A DNA stretch of 10,881 nt from a bacterium (lineage in GTDB: Bacteria; Zhuqueibacterota; Zhuqueibacteria; Zhuqueibacterales; Zhuqueibacteraceae), in contig JBIOXB010000122.1 of NCBI GenBank assembly GCA_044869275.1, positions 1-10,881 on the forward strand, written 5' to 3'. A model generated the notes under the pieces. The model saw only the letters and a program-made list of their open reading frames with translations. It was not told the origin of the DNA and did no database searches. A program made the translations under genes and the position numbers. Positions 6,378-10,881 of this stretch are shown here, piece by piece. Position 1 is the first letter of the stretch; the number at the start of each line of letters is the position of its first letter.

Positions 6378-8780
6378 TCAGATTTGTTGTGGCGGAATCG
6401 TTTCCATGGTTATTTTCTTGATCCTGCCGGTGAACTTGTTGTCCCGTTCCTTATAATCTTCAGACACCGGCGTTTCACTATCCACTCCCACATCAGCCCC
6501 TTCGTCACCAGAGAACGCAAAAGGTTGTGTTTTGGGAATTCGACCTTCTGCGACTTTCTGGCCATCCACGTAAAGCATAGACAGGCCTCCGGAGCCCGGC
6601 TGGCCGCCATCCGACGCAAACTCGTACTTAATCGAATGCTTGCCAGAGGCTATCGGCTGAGGCGAAGAGATGTTGGTTCGTTCAAGACCAAAGAAGTTAT
6701 ATTCATGATGAACCTTGCCGCCCTTCATATAGATCACCCAGCCGCCGAAGCGTCCGGCTTGTGCCAGGATAACCCCATTCGCGGCGCCGCTGGGAAGTTC
6801 CACCTCCGCCGTGACCGTAAACGAACGGTTCTTCACGTTGATAAATGCATTCTCCATCATGCCGGTCATGCCTTCATAAACCGTGAGCGAGGTGCGGCCG
6901 CCCATGAGATCAGGCCTTCCGGCAATAGCCGCATCAAATCGCTCGGATCTGCGATCGTCGATGGGCAGTACATTGTTTTTCGCCGCTTCCTTCATGAACA
7001 AATCCTGAAGTTCTTTTAACTTTCCGGGATTTTGGGAAGCCAGGTCATTCGCCTGGCTGAAGTCTTCATCAACGTGATACAACTCCCAAACATCGTTTTC
7101 GAGCGGCGGATTTTGCGCCATCAGCCAGGGGATGGAATGCCGTGCGGCAGCAACCCAGCCCTCATGGTAGATGGCGCGGTTGCCGAACATTTCAAAATAT
7201 TGCGTGGTATGGCGATCTTTGGCTTTGGCATCGTCAAAGGTATAGACCATCGAAACCCCGTCCATGGGACGTTGTGCCGTGCCATTCACGATTTTTGGTT
7301 CGGGCAATCCGGTGGCTTCCAGCACCGTCGGGGCGACGTCAACCACATGATGGAATTGCGAGCGAATCTCTCCCTTGGCTTTGAGGCGTTGCGGCCAGTG
7401 TATCACCATGCCGTTGCGGGTGCCGCCAAAATGCGAGGCGATCTGCTTGGTCCACTGGAATGGTGTGTCACCGGCATGTGCCCAGCCGATGGAAAAATGC
7501 GGAAACGTGTTCGGGCTGCCCCAATCATCCAGATGTGACATCATTTGGGAGGCATTTCCAATAATGCCATTCAAAGCCATCATCTCATTATAGGTGCCTT
7601 CCGGGCCGCCTTCGGCACTGGAGCCGTTGTCGCCGACGATGTAAAAGAGCAGGGTATTGTCCAGCTCACCCATTTCTTCCAGTGCTTGCACCAGTCTTCC
7701 CACTTCATGATCGGTGTGCTCGGCAAAGCCGGCAAATACTTCCATTTGTCTGGCAAACAGTTTTTTCTGCTCTGGAGTTTGATCATCCCAGGCGGGAATT
7801 TCTTTGGGGCGCGCCGTGAGCTGGGTATTTTGCGGTATGACACCCAATGCCTTTTGGCGAGCGAACGTTTCTTCTCTCAGCTTATCCCAACCCTGGTCGA
7901 ATTTGCCTTTGTATTTATCCGCCCACACTTTGGGAACATGGTGGGGTGCATGCGTGGCACCGGTAGCAAAGTACACATAGAAAGGTTTGTCAGGTGTGAG
8001 GGATTGCTGCGCCTGCGTCCACGCGATGGCTTGGTTGGCCATATCGGTGGTGAAATGGTAATTCGGATCATGGGGCGCTTCCACCCGAATGGTGCCATCA
8101 AAAATTGCCGGAGCCCATTGGTTGGTTTCACCGCCGATGAAACCATAGAATTTATCAAAACCGGAACGAGTGGGCCAGCGGTCATACGGACCCGAAACGG
8201 AAACCTCCCAAGGGGCGGTTTCATGGTACTTGCCAAAGGCCGCCGTGCTATAACCATTTAAGCGCAGGATTTCCGCAAGCGGCGCAACACTATTGGGGCG
8301 AACGCCAGTGTTGCCCGGGAAAGCGGTGGCCAGCTCCATGATCGCTCCGGCATTGTTCACGTGGTGATTGCGGCCGGTGAGCAAGGCCACGCGGGTCGGC
8401 GAGCACAGCGCGGTGGTATGAAAACGGTTAAAGCGCAGACCGTTGGCCGCGAGCTTATCCAATGTCGGCATATTGATCGGCCCGCCGAATGCGCCGGAAT
8501 GGCCGAAGCCGATATCGTCGATCAGCACGATGACCACGTTGGGCGCAGCTTGGGGTGCTTTGACCTCGAACCGTGGCGGAGGTGTGACCTTGCGCGCATC
8601 AAGCTCGGTGATCGCGGGGTATTGTGGCTCAGGAATTGGCAGCACCGTCCGATCCATCGCCAGCGCAGTCATCGTGCCGCCGCTTCCACCTTGCGACTGC
8701 GGCTGCTCGCCACAAGCTGCGAGCAGCAAAGTGAGGGCTGCTGCCACAACAGTTAACCCAGCATCAGGAAATATTCTCAT
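6378..8780 (-). CDS. Arylsulfatase-family (formylglycine-dependent, Cys-type) sulfatase, predicted lipoprotein with extra C-terminal beta-rich domain
   Basis: Lipobox LAAC. PNVVIVLIDDIG metal motif. Signature ALCSPTRVALLTGR (C-x-P-x-R). Also GYSTAAFGKYH, ATHAPHH, GDNG and WELY. GGAG SD upstream. Confidence 0.95.
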   Translation of the reverse strand: MRIFPDAGLTVVAAALTLLLAACGEQPQSQGGSGGTMTALAMDRTVLPIPEPQYPAITELDARKVTPPPRFEVKAPQAAPNVVIVLIDDIGFGHSGAFGGPINMPTLDKLAANGLRFNRFHTTALCSPTRVALLTGRNHHVNNAGAIMELATAFPGNTGVRPNSVAPLAEILRLNGYSTAAFGKYHETAPWEVSVSGPYDRWPTRSGFDKFYGFIGGETNQWAPAIFDGTIRVEAPHDPNYHFTTDMANQAIAWTQAQQSLTPDKPFYVYFATGATHAPHHVPKVWADKYKGKFDQGWDKLREETFARQKALGVIPQNTQLTARPKEIPAWDDQTPEQKKLFARQMEVFAGFAEHTDHEVGRLVQALEEMGELDNTLLFYIVGDNGSSAEGGPEGTYNEMMALNGIIGNASQMMSHLDDWGSPNTFPHFSIGWAHAGDTPFQWTKQIASHFGGTRNGMVIHWPQRLKAKGEIRSQFHHVVDVAPTVLEATGLPEPKIVNGTAQRPMDGVSMVYTFDDAKAKDRHTTQYFEMFGNRAIYHEGWVAAARHSIPWLMAQNPPLENDVWELYHVDEDFSQANDLASQNPGKLKELQDLFMKEAAKNNVLPIDDRRSERFDAAIAGRPDLMGGRTSLTVYEGMTGMMENAFINVKNRSFTVTAEVELPSGAANGVILAQAGRFGGWVIYMKGGKVHHEYNFFGLERTNISSPQPIASGKHSIKYEFASDGGQPGSGGLSMLYVDGQKVAEGRIPKTQPFAFSGDEGADVGVDSETPVSEDYKERDNKFTGRIKKITMETIPPQQI

Positions 8781-8881
8781 CTTCTCTCCACGTTAGCGCT
8801 ATGTCGTTTTGCTGGCCGGCGACAAACTGTTTACCTCCACCGCCATGTGCTCAAATTGGTTTTCCATCGTGTTCAGCGGAT

Positions 8882-9361
8882 TTATTTCTGCGCAGTTTCC
8901 GGCTTTTCCAGCAGCGGCAGCTCCGAGGCAATTTGCATATCGACCAATAATTGCATTTGGTTTTCCACCTGGGTGAACTTGGCGGCCAGGGCCGGCGACA
9001 GCGCTTTGGAAATCTCGTTGAAATACTTCTTGCGCAATTTGAGCCGGTCTTCTTGGAACTTGAAAGACTTTTCCGTCAATTCTTTGGCCTTCACGTCCGT
9101 CATGTTTTCGTAGTTTTCCGCATAGTCCTTGATCAAGGCAACGCGGGCGTCGCCCAGCTTGTCGAGATCGAACTCATAGTTGCGATAGATCGGCCAGAAC
9201 GTGGCGGCCTGGGCGTCGGTGAAGTCCATAGCTGCGGTGATGATCGCCTTTTTGTTGGTTTTGACATCCGAGCGCAGCATCTCGATGAAGCTATCCACGT
9301 CCTGGGCATGAGCCGAGACTGCGGAAAAAACGAACAAAATCGACAACAGTAGCCTCTTCAT
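8882..9361 (-). CDS. Secreted all-alpha-helical hypothetical protein (loosely Spy/CpxP-like)
   Basis: GAGGAG SD, signal peptide ending AHA-Q, motif MDFTDAQAATFWPIYRNYE, and charged amphipathic helices. Confidence 0.75.
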   Translation of the reverse strand: MKRLLLSILFVFSAVSAHAQDVDSFIEMLRSDVKTNKKAIITAAMDFTDAQAATFWPIYRNYEFDLDKLGDARVALIKDYAENYENMTDVKAKELTEKSFKFQEDRLKLRKKYFNEISKALSPALAAKFTQVENQMQLLVDMQIASELPLLEKPETAQK

Positions 9362-9468
9362 GGTGTTCTCCTCGTAGTTGATTTTGAAAAGCTGACTTTA
9401 AGGTTCTAACTCGGATTTTCATACAAGCTGAGAACCGAAGCTGGTCGAGCAGCTTTAAATGAAAAGCA

Positions 9469-9552
9469 TTGCCCACGGATGACGCAGATCACACGGATTC
9501 CCTCGGATTTTTTATCCGTGAAAATCCGCATCATCCGTGCAATCCGTGGCAA
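9469..9552. repeat. Palindrome built from 9-mer units (NNCACGGAT / ATCCGTGNN)
   Basis: Left arm CCCACGGAT GACGCAGAT CACACGGAT TCCCTCGGAT, TTTTT loop (9509-9513), right arm ATCCGTGAAA ATCCGCATC ATCCGTGCA ATCCGTGGC. Unit lengths mirror each other: 9-9-9-10 / 10-9-9-9. Confidence 0.9.
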
Positions 9553-9618
9553 AAAATGGGAATTCATTCTAACTTGCGGTCAACAATGGCTTTCCAACTT
9601 CGCGTTTCACCTCGGCGG

Positions 9619-10173
9619 TTACTTTCCCGTAGGCGGAAATTTCGACAGCATTCTGGTGACCGCTTCGTTGAGACGTTTCTCGCGTTTTTCGGTCGGGGCG
9701 TCCGGATCGATGGTGCCTTGCGCAAAACCGCGCCACACCAATTGCTTCGACTTGGCGTCGATGACGTCGAGGATCAAGGTTCCTTGTTTGTATTGATAAA
9801 CATCAACACCTCCGCCGCCATACCAGCCGCCATAGCGCCCATAACCATAACCCCAGTCCGTGACATTGACCTTGTCTTCCGCGCCGGTGTGGTAAAGAAC
9901 CAGGAAGTCGGGGTTGTTGGCATCCTGCGTATAACCTTTGCCCGACAGTTGGCTGTTCACGGATTCTTTGATACGTTTGTCCAGCAGACCGTTGCGCTGT
10001 AGAGCGGCTTGTACGCTGCCGGTCGTGGTGGTGGGCACGGCCACCCAGGCATAAGTCTTTAGCGCCGCAAAGTTGGCCTCCTTGTCATAATCTTGCTTGA
10101 CCGAGATGGACGGGGCGCAGCCCAGCACGGCGAGCATCATAAACGCGATCAAGATGGTGCCTAGCATCTTCAT
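9619..10173 (-). CDS. DUF4136-domain lipoprotein
   Basis: GGAGG SD. Lipobox VLGC. Motifs DYDKEANFAALKTYAW, NPDFLVLY, a Gly/Tyr-rich loop, YKQGTLILDVIDAKSKQLVWRG and terminal FPP. Confidence 0.9.
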   Translation of the reverse strand: MKMLGTILIAFMMLAVLGCAPSISVKQDYDKEANFAALKTYAWVAVPTTTTGSVQAALQRNGLLDKRIKESVNSQLSGKGYTQDANNPDFLVLYHTGAEDKVNVTDWGYGYGRYGGWYGGGGVDVYQYKQGTLILDVIDAKSKQLVWRGFAQGTIDPDAPTEKREKRLNEAVTRMLSKFPPTGK

Positions 10174-10340
10174 AAAAACCTCCGGTTAATTGTTTGTTTG
10201 TGGTGAAAATTTAAACATGTCCCAAAATTGTATTCGGCAAACCTAATCGGCACCAAATATAACACGCCGCCGGTGAGGGGCGTTTTAGGAATGGCGAGGA
10301 GCTTTTCATGAAGGCCTTGGGTACTTTGGTTTTATGCCGC

Positions 10341-10673
10341 TCAACACGTTTTGCCCAGCCTCACCGACTCAATGAATTCCATTCCCCAGGCTTGAGTCAT
10401 GGTGGCAATCTTTATTTCCGGCGCGCGCAGGGATAAATCGATGATCGTTAACAGAATATGAAAACGCTGGGAGCGAACGTGGTTTTCAAGCTCATCTCGA
10501 GATTGCCATTCCTCGGTATAAATGATCACCTCCGGATCGCTAAGGTCTTGCATGACTTGGCAGCTTAGGCAACCTGGCTGCACTTCAGTTGGTCCCATGA
10601 AGCCAAATAACGCTTCCAGTATGCCGGCTTTCCGGTTTTGGGAGACGAAGATTTTGTAAGTTGCTGCTATCAC
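10341..10673 (-). CDS. ABM-domain (antibiotic biosynthesis monooxygenase / YgiN-like fold) small cytoplasmic protein
   Basis: 110 aa, GTG start, motifs QPGCLSC, YTEEWQSRDELENHVRS and PEI. No signal peptide and no SD. Confidence 0.8.
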   Translation of the reverse strand: MIAATYKIFVSQNRKAGILEALFGFMGPTEVQPGCLSCQVMQDLSDPEVIIYTEEWQSRDELENHVRSQRFHILLTIIDLSLRAPEIKIATMTQAWGMEFIESVRLGKTC

Positions 10674-10686
10674 GAGATTGATATGC

Positions 10687-10703
10687 AGCCCAAACTATGC
10701 CAG
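10687..10703 (-). promoter_or_regulatory. Putative sigma54 (RpoN) -24/-12 promoter
   Basis: Minus strand reads CTGGCATAGTTTGGGCT: TGGCA with exact GG-N10-GC spacing. It deviates from consensus in having GG rather than TT before the GC. Confidence 0.6.
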
Positions 10704-10782
10704 ATGCTAACACACTGTAATATAAGTTACAGCATCTAAAAAAACCAGAGTCTTAAGTCAGGCCATAATAATGGAGGTCTGC

Positions 10783-10860
10783 TTTGGAAAGCTTCCGAAA
10801 GTCGGTATTTCAATCTTTGGTTGAATTATCAACCTTTCCGCGGTTGGTAGGAATGCCGAG
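10783..10860. promoter_or_regulatory. Cluster of related imperfect palindromes; candidate activator (UAS) sites
   Basis: GTCGGTATTTCAAT (10801-10814), GTTGAATTATCAAC (10820-10833, perfect 5-4-5), GTAGGAATGCCGAG (10847-10860) and TTTGGAAAGCTTCCGAAA (10783-10800). Confidence 0.4.
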
Positions 10861-10881
10861 TTTCTTCATTTTGGAATATAA

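Noticed and set aside
2414..8796. Other long plus-strand and alternate-frame ORFs (e.g. 3046-3879, 5114-6103, 6384-7019, 7545-8261)
   Set aside because: All overlap well-supported minus-strand genes and lack family motifs.
8781..8881. Orphan GGAGG, tiny ORFs (e.g. METNLSTWRWR) and a weak TGTCG/CGACA hairpin upstream of the sulfatase
   Set aside because: No convincing SD-start pairing or attenuator structure; insufficient support for a leader peptide.
640..9552. Intergenic repeats as CRISPR arrays or intrinsic terminators
   Set aside because: No repeat-spacer organisation or cas genes, and the hairpins lack the compact GC stem plus U-tract on the coding strand.
9820..9860. Low-complexity CCGCCATA/CCATAA repeats
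   Set aside because: They encode the Gly/Tyr-rich loop typical of DUF4136 proteins; not an independent element.
9469..10002. Plus-strand ORFs starting in the 9-mer palindrome
   Set aside because: Open frames arise from the 9-nt periodicity and from antisense overlap with the DUF4136 gene.
10264..10286. ACGCC...GGCGT-TTT hairpin
   Set aside because: Short stem with a large loop, and the T-run is on the non-coding strand; too weak to call a terminator.

Overview
Bacterial (diderm) genomic window with nine co-oriented minus-strand genes. In transcription order: ABM-fold small protein, DUF4136 lipoprotein, secreted helical protein, Cys-type sulfatase lipoprotein, DUF3604 (PHP-like metallohydrolase), PpiC/parvulin-type chaperone, HupE/UreJ-family membrane protein, DUF3943 outer-membrane protein, and an OmpA-like beta-barrel that runs off the left edge and is missing from the ORF track. 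Every product after the first has an export signal or membrane anchor. A sigma54-like -24/-12 promoter sits directly before the first gene, with candidate activator sites upstream. Most gene junctions carry palindromes built from 7- or 9-nt tandem units. One 9-mer palindrome family appears to be translated in the same frame at the N-termini of two adjacent genes. Family assignments come from motif recognition only; no searches were run.
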